Below, piece by piece: positions 16,954 to 25,810 of a DNA stretch of 64,000 nt. A model generated the notes under the pieces. That model worked only from the letters and a program-made list of their open reading frames with translations. It ran no database searches and had not been told where the DNA came from. This DNA is from Polyangiaceae bacterium (GTDB lineage: Bacteria; Myxococcota_A; Polyangia; Polyangiales; Polyangiaceae), in NCBI GenBank assembly GCA_044376115.1, contig JBILLK010000026.1:32001-96000 (forward strand), read 5' to 3'. Each line of letters begins with the position of its first letter. Position 1 is the first letter of the stretch. A program made the translations under genes and the position numbers.

Positions 16954-19592
16954 CAGAACTCTCCTCGCAGGCCGAAGCTCGGCAGAATCGTGAGTCCGTA
17001 TTGGTAGCCAGTGCGCGAGTAGTCGTAGCTGTAGGCGATCGCCTCGGCGGCCTGGTGGTTGTAGATGTTTTGGATATCGAGGTACATCGAGAAGGCCCAA
17101 TCCTCGAACTGCCACTTCTTGTCGGCGCGGATATCGAGTTGGTGGAAGAGCGGCAGTCGGCCTGAGTTCGGGTCGCCGTCGACGTTCACGTAGTCGGTGC
17201 CGTTGGCCGAGTAGACGCCGGGCAACGACGAAGACGTTGGCGTATACGGGTTGCCGGAGATGAGCCGGAAGCGCCCGCCGAGCTCCCAACCCGACCCGAG
17301 TTTGAAGCTGCCCACCACCGTTAGGTTGTGGGTCTGGTCGTTGTTCGTGAGGTATTGCTGGCCCTCCTCGGTGAGGTTCCGCGTCGTGCGCGAAAGCGTG
17401 TAAGCGACCCAGCCGAAGAAGGTGTCGTCGGGGTCGTAGCGGAGCAACACCTCGAGCCCGTAGGCCCGCCCATCGCCGACGTTGCGATACTCGAAGCCCC
17501 CGCCTTCGACCGGGACGCCGAGCACCAAATTGAAAAGCTGCTTGTAGTAGCCGTCGGCAGCGAGCGAGAGGTTCGGGGTGAAGCGTTGCTGTACGCCGAA
17601 GGTCGCGTGCATCGATCGTTCGCCGTTCGCCTCCGGCGTACCGAAGACCTGATCGGTCTGTTGCAAATCCGGCGGCTGACCGAAGAGCCCGATGCCGCCG
17701 CGAAGCAGGGTCTGCGGCTCGCGCTCGGGGTTCTTGAGCGGAGCGCCCCAGATGGCCGCCTTGGCCGAGAGCCGCGGATCGAACGTCGCGTCCTCGGTGC
17801 GGCGAGAAAAATCGAAGCGCAGACCGGGGACGATCGAGACCCGCTCGTGTGGCGTGAGCTCGACCTCAGCGTAGGCCGCCGGCTGATGTTCGACGAAGCT
17901 ACTGCTCGTGGTGAGCAGCCGTTGCGAAGCCAACGGGCCGGGCGTCTGCTGGCCTTGCGGCGTCGGGCGCGGCGCCGTCACCTCGAGCGAGCGCGGGGTC
18001 ACCGACCAATCGACACCGACGCGCGCAGCGAGCCAGTCGATCGGCCTGTAGGTCGACTCGACGCGCCACTCGATCGGCACGTCCTCGAAGTCGAAGCTCT
18101 GTGCGCCGACCCCGAACTCGTTGCTCGTCCAGCCGCCCGACAACATCGCCGAGAAGGTCAGATTGTCGAGGGGTTGCGCGCTATAGAGGATCTGCCCGCG
18201 AACGAAGCGCGTGGCGATCCCGAGATCGCGCACCGCCGGATCCCCGGTGTCGTCGAGCACGAGGCGAAACGTGTCATCCGACCCGAAAAGGCGAAAGGAG
18301 AGCGAATCGGTCGCGTTGATCTTGTGATTAACCGCTGCCTGGTAGTCGTAGTAGACGGGCGCAGCGATGTTGCTCGCGACGCCGGCCGCAGACAGCGCGC
18401 GCCCGAGCCACGCATCGAGCCACGAGCGCCGGCCGGCGACGCTGAAGGACCAGTCGTCGCTGACCGGTCCACTCAACATCAAGCGGGTGTTGATCAGATC
18501 GACCTGCGCGAGACCGTGGAAGCAATCCTCGCCTTCCGAGACCTCCCCGTTCTTGCGGCACTGGGTATCCGGTGGGCGCATCCCGATGTCGATGATGCCG
18601 CCCAGGAAACGCCCGTAGCGGACGCTGAAGTTGCCTGGGTAGAAATCGATGCGCTCGAGCGACTCAGCAGGCAGCACGCTGGCGAAGCCGCCGAAGTGGT
18701 AGGCGAGCGGTACCGAGGTCCCGTCGATGAAGACGCCGGTCTCGTCCGGCGCGGAACCGCGGACGATCAGCGCGCCGAAGCCTCCGGCCGAGCGAGCCAA
18801 GCCAGGAAGGCTCTCGAGCGCGCGCAGCGGATCGCCCGCGGCGCCGGGGATCTTTGCCAGCTCCTCGCTCGATACGACGCGGCTCACGACCTCACGCTCC
18901 GGCCTCGCGACAAGCCGCTCGCCGACCACCACGACCTCGTTCTTCACCGGAGCGAGCGCGAGCCGGTACACGACCTCGCGCGACTCGCCCGGCACCAACT
19001 CTTCGCTGAACGCCCCTTCGAGGTAGCCGTCTCCCCGAACGCGTAGGAGCGACGTAGCGGCAGGCAGATCGACGAACTCGAACGCGCCCTCGGCGTTGGT
19101 CTTGGTGCGCCGCTCCCCCATCGTGATCTCGACGTCGCGCAGCGGAAAGTCGCCTTCCTGGCTGCGGACGACGCCCTTCAGCGTCGCCGTCTTCTTCTCC
19201 TCCACCGGCACCGGTGCGGGCTCGGCGATATCGAACACGTAGTCGTAGATGATCCGCGCCGAGACCGGCTTTCCGTCACGGGTCGCCGGCTCGAACACGA
19301 AGCGCGTCGCAGCGTCGGCGGCCGCCTCGTCGAGACCGAGCCCCAGCGGCTCGCTCACCCGCTCGACCGTCTCCACCACGCCTTTCTCCGAGATCGTCAG
19401 ACGAAGCTGGACCACGCCCTCTTTGCCGGCCTCCTTCGCCGCTTCGGGATACGGCGCTTCCGCCGCCGTCACGAGCCGCGGAGGCGTTAGCGCGGGCGGA
19501 GTGGGAGGGTCAGTAGGAGGAGCCGCTTGCGCAAACGCGACCTTGCTCCCGAACAAGATGCACAACGCCCCAAGGTGACGCCAGAAGACCAT
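16953..19592 (-). CDS. TonB-dependent outer-membrane transporter with fused TonB-C and carboxypeptidase-regulatory-like domains
   Basis: Signal peptide; TonB_C (YPEAAKEAGKEGVVQLRL...FEPATRDGKPV); plug (IPGAAGDPLRALESLPG, IVRGSAP, IDFYPGNFSVRYGRFLGGII); barrel end LPSFGLRGEF. ATG 19592 fits the sigma-54 promoter. Confidence 0.92.
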   Translation of the reverse strand: MVFWRHLGALCILFGSKVAFAQAAPPTDPPTPPALTPPRLVTAAEAPYPEAAKEAGKEGVVQLRLTISEKGVVETVERVSEPLGLGLDEAAADAATRFVFEPATRDGKPVSARIIYDYVFDIAEPAPVPVEEKKTATLKGVVRSQEGDFPLRDVEITMGERRTKTNAEGAFEFVDLPAATSLLRVRGDGYLEGAFSEELVPGESREVVYRLALAPVKNEVVVVGERLVARPEREVVSRVVSSEELAKIPGAAGDPLRALESLPGLARSAGGFGALIVRGSAPDETGVFIDGTSVPLAYHFGGFASVLPAESLERIDFYPGNFSVRYGRFLGGIIDIGMRPPDTQCRKNGEVSEGEDCFHGLAQVDLINTRLMLSGPVSDDWSFSVAGRRSWLDAWLGRALSAAGVASNIAAPVYYDYQAAVNHKINATDSLSFRLFGSDDTFRLVLDDTGDPAVRDLGIATRFVRGQILYSAQPLDNLTFSAMLSGGWTSNEFGVGAQSFDFEDVPIEWRVESTYRPIDWLAARVGVDWSVTPRSLEVTAPRPTPQGQQTPGPLASQRLLTTSSSFVEHQPAAYAEVELTPHERVSIVPGLRFDFSRRTEDATFDPRLSAKAAIWGAPLKNPEREPQTLLRGGIGLFGQPPDLQQTDQVFGTPEANGERSMHATFGVQQRFTPNLSLAADGYYKQLFNLVLGVPVEGGGFEYRNVGDGRAYGLEVLLRYDPDDTFFGWVAYTLSRTTRNLTEEGQQYLTNNDQTHNLTVVGSFKLGSGWELGGRFRLISGNPYTPTSSSLPGVYSANGTDYVNVDGDPNSGRLPLFHQLDIRADKKWQFEDWAFSMYLDIQNIYNHQAAEAIAYSYDYSRTGYQYGLTILPSFGLRGEF

Positions 19593-19604
19593 TGCTCCGG
19601 CCAG

Positions 19605-19620
19605 TGCACGGGCTGGGCCA
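19605..19620 (-). promoter_or_regulatory. Sigma-54 -24/-12 promoter for the TonB-dependent transporter operon
   Basis: TGGCCCAGCCCGTGCA on the minus strand = GG-N10-GC; the ATG lies 14 nt past the -12 C. Confidence 0.7.
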
Positions 19621-19658
19621 GCCCTAGACCGCGAAACTCCCGCGCTGTTCGAGCCCGG

Positions 19659-19707
19659 CGTCGGGCAAACCATCGTCGGTTTTCCGATGATCGTCGGAGG
19701 TCGTCGG
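19659..19707. promoter_or_regulatory. Candidate enhancer (UAS) cluster between the divergent sigma-54 promoters
   Basis: CGTCGG at 19659, 19674, 19692 and 19702, plus the near-palindrome ATCGTCGG-TTTT-CCGATGAT. Confidence 0.55.
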
Positions 19708-19750
19708 GACAAAGACTGCGCGAATCGAGACGATCTGCGCGCTTCGTTCG

Positions 19751-19766
19751 AGGCACGGCTCCTGCT
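19751..19766 (+). promoter_or_regulatory. Sigma-54 -24/-12 promoter for the exbB-exbD-tonB-ABC operon
   Basis: AGGCACGGCTCCTGCT = GG-N10-GC, close to the TGGCACG-N4-TTGCW consensus; ATG 14 nt past the -12 C. Confidence 0.75.
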
Positions 19767-19778
19767 GAGGCTGGCTCG

Positions 19779-20453
19779 ATGGATATTGTCTCTCGAATCA
19801 AGAACCTGATGCTCGATACCGGAGCCGCCTGGGTGATGTGGCTCCTGATCGGGCTGAGTATCGTCTCTCTCTCAATCGTGCTCGAGCGCGCGCTGGTGCT
19901 GTATCGCGCCTCCGGCAACGCCGCGGCGCTGCGCGAGATCCTCGCGCGAGAGCTGGCCGGTGGCAGCATCGACGGCGCGCTCGCCGCGCTGCGAGGCAGC
20001 CTTCACCCCGGGGCGCGCGTCGCCACCCGAGGCATGCAGCGCGCCAAAGAGACTCGCGACGCCAAACAGATCGAGAAGGCCATGGCCGCCGAGCAGATGT
20101 CCGAGCGCGCGCGGCTGGAGAAGAACCTGTCCTTCCTCGGCACGCTCGGTAACAACGCTCCCTTCGTTGGCCTGTTCGGTACCGTCATCGGCATCATCGA
20201 GGCGTTCGAGCACCTCGGCTCCTCGAACGAAGGTCTCTCCGGTCAGAGCGGGAATCAGCTCGTGATGGCGGCGATCGCCGAGGCGCTCGTGAGCACGGCT
20301 GTGGGTATCGCGGTGGCAATCCCAGCGGTGTTCGCCTTCAACCAACTGCTCCGCTCGATCAAGGTGCGCCTCGACGCCTCGCAGATGATCGCCGAGGAGG
20401 TGCTCGCCAGTCTGCCGCTCGCCGAGCCAGCACACGAAGAGGCCGAGTCGTGA
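19779..20453 (+). CDS. exbB: MotA/TolQ/ExbB proton channel protein
   Basis: FLGTLGNNAPFVGLFGTVIGII and IAEALVSTAVGIAVAIPA. Confidence 0.93.
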   Translation: MDIVSRIKNLMLDTGAAWVMWLLIGLSIVSLSIVLERALVLYRASGNAAALREILARELAGGSIDGALAALRGSLHPGARVATRGMQRAKETRDAKQIEKAMAAEQMSERARLEKNLSFLGTLGNNAPFVGLFGTVIGIIEAFEHLGSSNEGLSGQSGNQLVMAAIAEALVSTAVGIAVAIPAVFAFNQLLRSIKVRLDASQMIAEEVLASLPLAEPAHEEAES

Positions 20454-20875
20454 GCGGCGGAGCTGGAGACGACGGCCCGATCGTCGGCATCAACGTGACG
20501 CCGCTCGTCGACGTGGTGCTCGTATTGCTCGTGATCCTGATGGTGTCGACGCCGCTGCTCGCCGAACGGGTGCTGCCGATGCAGCTGCCCAAAGCCTCAT
20601 CCGGGAGTGAAGAGGTAGCCATCCTTTCGATCGAGCTCGCGAGCGACGGACGGGTGGTCGCCAACCAAATTCCGGTCGACGGGGAGGACGCGCTGGCCAA
20701 GGTGATTCAAGCCTCGCGCGCCGAACATCCGGATCTCAAAGCCGTCATCCGCGCCGATGGTGCCGTGCCCCACGGACGGGTGATCCGCGTGATGGACGTG
20801 CTGAGAAACGGCGGGGTCTCGCAGATGACCTTCGCCGTCGATGCGCTCGCGCAGAGCCCGGGGAGGTTCGAATGA
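20450..20875 (+). CDS. exbD: ExbD/TolR biopolymer transport protein
   Basis: INVTPLVDVVLVLLVILMV and IRADGAVPHGRVIRVMD. Confidence 0.93.
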   Translation: MSGGAGDDGPIVGINVTPLVDVVLVLLVILMVSTPLLAERVLPMQLPKASSGSEEVAILSIELASDGRVVANQIPVDGEDALAKVIQASRAEHPDLKAVIRADGAVPHGRVIRVMDVLRNGGVSQMTFAVDALAQSPGRFE

Positions 20876-21624
20876 CCTCCGGCTGGTGGTTGACGTTCGG
20901 CCTCAGCGCTGGGGTCCACGTGGCGGGTTTGCTGGCGACCCCAACCGACGCGCCGTCGCGGCCGCGGATCGAGCCGCCGCCGCCCGAGGTCTCGGTCCAG
21001 CTCGAGCCACCGCCGCCTCCGCCGGTCCCCACGAACACCCCGGAGGTCACGCCCGAGCCTGAGCCGGAGCCCGACACAAAGCCGCCCGCTGCTGACCCGC
21101 CGAAAGACACGCCACCGCGTCCAGCTCCGGCTCGCACCGAGCCAGCGCAAGCCGGTCGCACGCTCACCGCACCCGCTGACGGCCCAGCCGATCCAGTGGA
21201 CTTCACGGTGCCGCAAGGCGCAGCCGATGCGAAGTACTCAGGCGGTACCACGACCAGCCAAGGCAAAGGCACAGCGCCCGGCACGCGCGAGGTCGGTACC
21301 GCGACGGCACCCGGTCCTTCGGGCCCGCCGGCCTCACCGAAGCAAGATCTGTCGAAGCGCGCGGCGCCCTCCTCCGGGAGCTGGTCCTGCTCGCGGCTCT
21401 TCCCCGCCGACGCGACCGTCAACGTCGCTTCGGTCACCATCGTCGTGCTCGTTTCCGCCGAGGGCCGCCCGAGCGCGGTGCAGGTCGTCTCCGACCCGGG
21501 CGGCGGATTTGCGGCCGCAGCGAAAGCCTGCGCGATGGGCCAATCGTACCGGCCCGGTCTCGACAGCGATGGCCGCCCAACGGCGACGCAGACTTCACCC
21601 TTCGCCGTGAGGTTCACCCGATGA
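20872..21624 (+). CDS. tonB: TonB-like energy transducer
   Basis: N-terminal TM with SAGVH (SxxxH), Pro/Glu-rich linker and C-terminal TonB_C-like domain (VSDPGGGFAAAAKAC...YRPGLDSDGRP). Confidence 0.82.
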   Translation: MTSGWWLTFGLSAGVHVAGLLATPTDAPSRPRIEPPPPEVSVQLEPPPPPPVPTNTPEVTPEPEPEPDTKPPAADPPKDTPPRPAPARTEPAQAGRTLTAPADGPADPVDFTVPQGAADAKYSGGTTTSQGKGTAPGTREVGTATAPGPSGPPASPKQDLSKRAAPSSGSWSCSRLFPADATVNVASVTIVVLVSAEGRPSAVQVVSDPGGGFAAAAKACAMGQSYRPGLDSDGRPTATQTSPFAVRFTR

Positions 21625-22787
21625 GCCCGAAGCCGACCCAACGCGCCGGAGGGCTCAAACGCCTACTGACGATGGCTCGGCTCGGCGTCGCGATGATGTT
21701 CCATTCGAAGTTGCGCCTCGCCGGCACGCTGCTCGGCGTCGTCTTCCCGGTCGTGCTGGCGAACTTCGCGCTCGGCACCATGTTCGGTCTTTTGGCGAAG
21801 TCGACGCTGCTGCAACGGAACGCCCGCGCCGACATTTGGATCGTGCCGTCGAGCGCGGAGATCTTGGGACAAGGCACGGTCGACTATCAGAACCTGCTGA
21901 TCGCGCGGACCACGCCCGGCGTCGCAGAGGCGCAGCCAGCGCTGTTTGGTCCGGCCTCGGTCACCTTACCCAACGGCCGACGCGAAGGCGTCACGATCCT
22001 CGGCGTAGCCGAGCCGTACGATCTCGGTGGCCCGTGGAACCTCGTCGCCGGAGACGTCAGCGTGCTGCGCCACCCCGATACGCTGCTGTTCGACTCGAGC
22101 GCGCGAGAGACCTTCGGCGGACTCAACATCGGCTCGGTGCGCGAGGTCAACGACCGGCGCACCTCGGTGGGCGGCTTCACCTGGGGCCTCGCGCCCTTCG
22201 GCGCTTCCTTCGCCTTCGCCGACTATGAAACGGCGCGCGAGTATCTCCACGTCCCGCGCGATCGCGTCGGCTTCGTCTTGGTGCGCCTCGAACCAGGCGC
22301 CGATCCACAAGAAGTCGCGGCCGCGCTACGTGCCCGCGTCGACGACGCCGCCGTCCATCCAACCTCCGAGTTCGTCGCCATCGGCTACCGCCAGATCCTC
22401 ACCAAGACGCCGATCGGAGTCACCTTCGTCACCATCAGCGCCTTCGGCCTCATCGTCGGTCTCGTGATCGTCGGCCTAGCGATGTTCTCCTCGGTCGTCG
22501 ACAACCTCAAAGAGTTCGGCACGCTCAAAGCGGTGGGGCTCGGCATGTTCGACCTCAGCGCGATCCTGCTCTCTCAGGCTATTTTGTATGCAGCCATCGG
22601 CTCGGCGCTCGGCCTCTTGCTCGTCAACGGCATCGCCCGCCTGATGCGCTCGCCCAACGTCGGCCTCGAGCTCCCGCCGTTGCTCGCGATCGGAACGGCG
22701 GTGCTGATGGGCATCGTCTGCGCCGTCTCGTCCTTGCTCGCCATTCAGCGGCTGCGCTCGCTCGAAGCAGGGATCGTCTTTCGATGA
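21621..22787 (+). CDS. ABC transporter permease (MacB/FtsX/DevC type)
   Basis: One N-terminal TM, periplasmic domain beginning ADIWIV, KEFGTLKAVG and three C-terminal TMs. Confidence 0.9.
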   Translation: MSPKPTQRAGGLKRLLTMARLGVAMMFHSKLRLAGTLLGVVFPVVLANFALGTMFGLLAKSTLLQRNARADIWIVPSSAEILGQGTVDYQNLLIARTTPGVAEAQPALFGPASVTLPNGRREGVTILGVAEPYDLGGPWNLVAGDVSVLRHPDTLLFDSSARETFGGLNIGSVREVNDRRTSVGGFTWGLAPFGASFAFADYETAREYLHVPRDRVGFVLVRLEPGADPQEVAAALRARVDDAAVHPTSEFVAIGYRQILTKTPIGVTFVTISAFGLIVGLVIVGLAMFSSVVDNLKEFGTLKAVGLGMFDLSAILLSQAILYAAIGSALGLLLVNGIARLMRSPNVGLELPPLLAIGTAVLMGIVCAVSSLLAIQRLRSLEAGIVFR

Positions 22788-23452
22788 GAGCGGTCGAAGT
22801 CTCAGCAGCGTGGAAAAGCTTCGGCACCGGGCCGGAGGCAGTGCACGCGCTACGCGGGGTCGACTTCCACGCCGACGGCGGTGAGATGGTGATGATCTCG
22901 GGACCGTCGGGGAGCGGGAAGACCACGCTGCTCTCGCTGATCGGCTGCATACTGCGGCCTTCACGCGGCGAGGTACGCTTGCTCGACAGCGTTGTATCGG
23001 CGCTCCCGGAGGGCGCGCTTGCGCCGATTCGGCTCTCGCACATCGGCTTCGTGTTCCAGTCCCACAACCTAATCGGCTCGCTCACCGCCGCCGAGAACGT
23101 CGCGCTCATGCTCCAACTCCGCAACCTCCCCGAGCGCGGCGCCGGCCAGCTGCTCGAGCTCGTCGGCATGTCGCACCGCGCCGACGCGGAGGTCAGCGGG
23201 CTGTCCGGCGGCGAACGTCAGCGGGTCGCGATCGCGCGGGCCGTCGCTGGCTCCCCGCCCATCATCCTCGCCGACGAACCCACCGCCTCGCTCGACGCCA
23301 AGAACGGCACGCTGGTCTGCGAGATCCTGCGCCGACTCGCGAAGGATCTCGGGCACGCGGTGGTGGTCGTTACCCACGATCCGCGCGTCCTCCACCTCGC
23401 GGATCGACGCGTGAACATCGAAGACGGGGTCGTGACGGAGGTGATCGCATGA
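22784..23452 (+). CDS. ABC transporter ATP-binding protein (LolD/DevA type)
   Basis: GPSGSGKT, LSGGERQRVAIARA, ILADEPT and VVTHD. Confidence 0.95.
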   Translation: MRAVEVSAAWKSFGTGPEAVHALRGVDFHADGGEMVMISGPSGSGKTTLLSLIGCILRPSRGEVRLLDSVVSALPEGALAPIRLSHIGFVFQSHNLIGSLTAAENVALMLQLRNLPERGAGQLLELVGMSHRADAEVSGLSGGERQRVAIARAVAGSPPIILADEPTASLDAKNGTLVCEILRRLAKDLGHAVVVVTHDPRVLHLADRRVNIEDGVVTEVIA

Positions 23453-24516
23453 GGCTCGGACGAGGTGCTTTGGCGTTGATCCTAGGGGCGGGCTCAGTCG
23501 GCGCGATGGCGCTCACGGCGACCGCGCTGCAGCTCCCCGAAGGCGTGACCGCGGCGGAGGTGAAGCGCGAAGGGCGCAGCCTGACTGACGAAGGGCAAGA
23601 CCGCTTCGTCCTGCGTGACGGCATCGCAGGCCCCGGCCTGATCGAGCCGCGGTCCGGCGAGATCCGCGTAGCGACGCGCGAGTCGGGGACGCTGGTGCGC
23701 GTACTCATTGCCGAGGGAGATACGGTGACGCGCGGCCAGCCGCTGTTCGAACTCGACGCCGAGGCCGAGCGCACCGCTCTCGCCACAGCCGAGGCGGAAG
23801 TCCAAGCCGCGCGCGAGGAGGTCAACCGCGCCAAGAGCGGCGCAAAAAACGACGACCTCGAGGCGATGGTCGCCGACACCAGCGCGGCCGAGGCCCGCTT
23901 ACGACTCTCCGAAACAAAGCTCAAACGAACCGAGGACCTTTGGCGAGCCGAGGCCGTCGCAGGCGAAGAGGTCGACCAGCTCCGCACGCAGCTCGAGATC
24001 GATCGTGAGAGCAAGCGGGCCCTCGAGAGCCGCCTCAAGTCAGCCCGTGGTGGCAAGCCGCAAGACGTACTCGTACAAGAGCGACGACTCGAGGTCGCGA
24101 TCGCGCGGCGCAGCGAAGCCGAGACACGGCTCGAACGCCGCACGGTACGCGCCCCCATCGCAGGCACGCTGCTGCAGCTCCGCTTCCGCGAGGGTGACTA
24201 CTACAGCGCCGAACAAGGTGCGCTCGCCCTCCTCGCCGACACAACCCGGCTCCTCGCCCGCATCGACATCGACGAACGCGACGTCGCCCTCGTCGCGGTA
24301 GGTGCTCCCGCGAGCGTCGTCATCCCCTCCGATCCAAGCCACGCCCTCCCGGGAACCGTCCTCCGCGTCGGCCAGCGCATGGGCCGCAAAAACGTCCGCA
24401 CCGACGACCCCGTCGAACGTATCGACACAAAGATCCTCGAGGTCGAGATCGAACTCGCCCAGACCGAAGGCCTGCGCCCCGGCCTGCGCGTAACCGGGTA
24501 TATCGCGCGGCCGTAG
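23449..24516 (+). CDS. HlyD/DevB-family periplasmic adaptor subunit
   Basis: Lipoyl half-motifs VLIAEGDTVTRGQPLFEL and VRAPIAGTL flanking a coiled coil; ends LRPGLRVTGYI. Confidence 0.9.
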   Translation: MRLGRGALALILGAGSVGAMALTATALQLPEGVTAAEVKREGRSLTDEGQDRFVLRDGIAGPGLIEPRSGEIRVATRESGTLVRVLIAEGDTVTRGQPLFELDAEAERTALATAEAEVQAAREEVNRAKSGAKNDDLEAMVADTSAAEARLRLSETKLKRTEDLWRAEAVAGEEVDQLRTQLEIDRESKRALESRLKSARGGKPQDVLVQERRLEVAIARRSEAETRLERRTVRAPIAGTLLQLRFREGDYYSAEQGALALLADTTRLLARIDIDERDVALVAVGAPASVVIPSDPSHALPGTVLRVGQRMGRKNVRTDDPVERIDTKILEVEIELAQTEGLRPGLRVTGYIARP

Positions 24517-24599
24517 GGAGATTACGCATTAGGCGCTGTTGCTGCGAAGGAGACGGGCGCGCTGATTGGGCGCTGCAAGCCCGCCGCGCTAGGCGCGGC

Positions 24600-24974
24600 G
24601 CGACGTAATTCAGGGGAGCTGCGGCAGCCTGCCGGCGTTACTTCGCTACAAGCCCGCTGGGCGTGGGCGCTCCGCGACGTAACCCAGGGGGGCTGCGGCA
24701 GCCTGCCGGCGTTACTTCGCTACAAGCCCGTGGGTGTGGGCGCGCTGCGACGTAACCCAGGGGAGCTACGCAAGCCTGCCGGCGTTACTTCGCAAAAACG
24801 CTCGCACTTTGCAGTGGTTGGCTCATCGGTGCCGCAAAAACAGCCAATATCCAAGCAAGTAGATCGTTCCAGGCCTGTCGGATGCGGTCGTAAGCCCGTT
24901 GGATGCGAATTAACGCACAGGAGCTAGCGTAGCTCCCCTGGCTTAGTCCGCAATGCGACCCAGCGAGCGGCTCA
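24600..24974. repeat. Repeat family A, copy 1: three tandem 73-74-bp units, a ~110-bp spacer and one inverted unit (REP/BIME-like)
   Basis: GCGACGTAAYYCAGGGGRGCT...GGCGTTACTTCGC at 24600, 24674 and 24747; diverged inverted unit at ~24905-24952. Confidence 0.9.
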
Positions 24975-25031
24975 CGGCGCCGCTCCATACCAATGCACCG
25001 TAAATACCTTCCGGCGCCAGCGGTGCAAGCG

Positions 25032-25196
25032 GTCTCCGAGCCCGCGCAGACAGTGAGATACCACCGCCACACTTCCGTCCCCCTCCCGCAAGCTGGCTCC
25101 CCCATCCGCACGCAGCGAAAGCGCTGCGGAGCGAGTACGGATTTGGGGGAGCAGTGGCGCAGCGCAACGCAGTGGAGCGAGCACACCGAGGGGGGC
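25032..25196 (-). repeat. Repeat family B, copy 1 (structured ~165-bp element)
   Basis: Its reverse complement aligns with 61969-62129. Confidence 0.88.
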
Positions 25197-25200
25197 CAAT

Positions 25201-25244
25201 GAAGGTCTGCGCCCGGGCCTGCGCTAACAGGGTATGTGGCGCGA
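25201..25244 (+). repeat. Diverged duplicate of the last codons of the HlyD-family gene
   Basis: GAAGGTCTGCGCCCGGGCCTGCGC-TAACAGGGTATGTGGCGCG versus GAAGGCCTGCGCCCCGGCCTGCGCGTAACCGGGTATATCGCGCG at 24466-24509. Confidence 0.8.
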
Positions 25245-25268
25245 CTTCAGGGTAATATGGAGGCTCAA

Positions 25269-25763
25269 ATGCTTTCAACGCAGCGGCTGACCCTTCGCGG
25301 CATTCAGGAGAGCGACGCATCAACGATGGCCGACCTTCTTGCGGACGATGAGGCTGGCGTTCGAATGACTGAGCGGCTGCCCTGGCCAGCCACCGTGGAG
25401 GCGGCTCGCGAGTGGATCCGACTTCGCCTTGGGCCGAACGAACATGTGTTCGCGATTGAGGTCGAGGGAGAGTTAGCGGGCGCCATCGGGTTCATCTTGA
25501 TGGGCGAGGTCGTGGGCGTCGGCTACTGGCTCGGCAAGGGGTATCGAGGTAAGCGCTATGCGTCGGAGGCGCTCGCGGCAGTCCTCACCTACGCGAAGAC
25601 TTTGGGCGCTCGAGTGGCCGTCGCTGAGACCTTCCTAGACAACGAAGCATCGCAACGCGTGCTTCTCCAGTGTGGGTTCGAGCGTAAGGGAGTCCATGAG
25701 AAGGAAGTCTCGAACCGGGCCGGCGTCCAGCAGTTGATGCAGTTCGCCGCGACGCTCGAATAG
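25269..25763 (+). CDS. GNAT N-acetyltransferase, RimJ/RimL type
   Basis: LSTQRLTLR, VGYWLGKGYRGKRYASEAL and NEASQRVLLQCGF; GGAGG RBS before ATG 25269. Confidence 0.9.
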   Translation: MLSTQRLTLRGIQESDASTMADLLADDEAGVRMTERLPWPATVEAAREWIRLRLGPNEHVFAIEVEGELAGAIGFILMGEVVGVGYWLGKGYRGKRYASEALAAVLTYAKTLGARVAVAETFLDNEASQRVLLQCGFERKGVHEKEVSNRAGVQQLMQFAATLE

Positions 25764-25810
25764 GCCGCAGTTTCGCATTCTCTATCACCGCTTCGTCCAC
25801 CAACGCAGCT

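Noticed and set aside
17328..19046. Long alternative ORFs (this one, 95-1345, 11987-13126, 43945-45186, 57933-59036 and similar)
   Set aside because: They are antisense or off-frame shadows of well-supported genes, expected in high-GC DNA, and have no recognisable motifs.
24600..24793. Possible CRISPR array (regular 73-74-bp period)
   Set aside because: The sequences between the palindromic cores are near-identical rather than unique spacers, the cores vary, inverted units are present, and there are no cas genes in the window.
24785..25323. ORFs within the repeat region (and 25955-26365) as small proteins or transposase remnants
   Set aside because: Their similarity to each other comes from the DNA repeats. 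There are no transposase motifs or coding bias.
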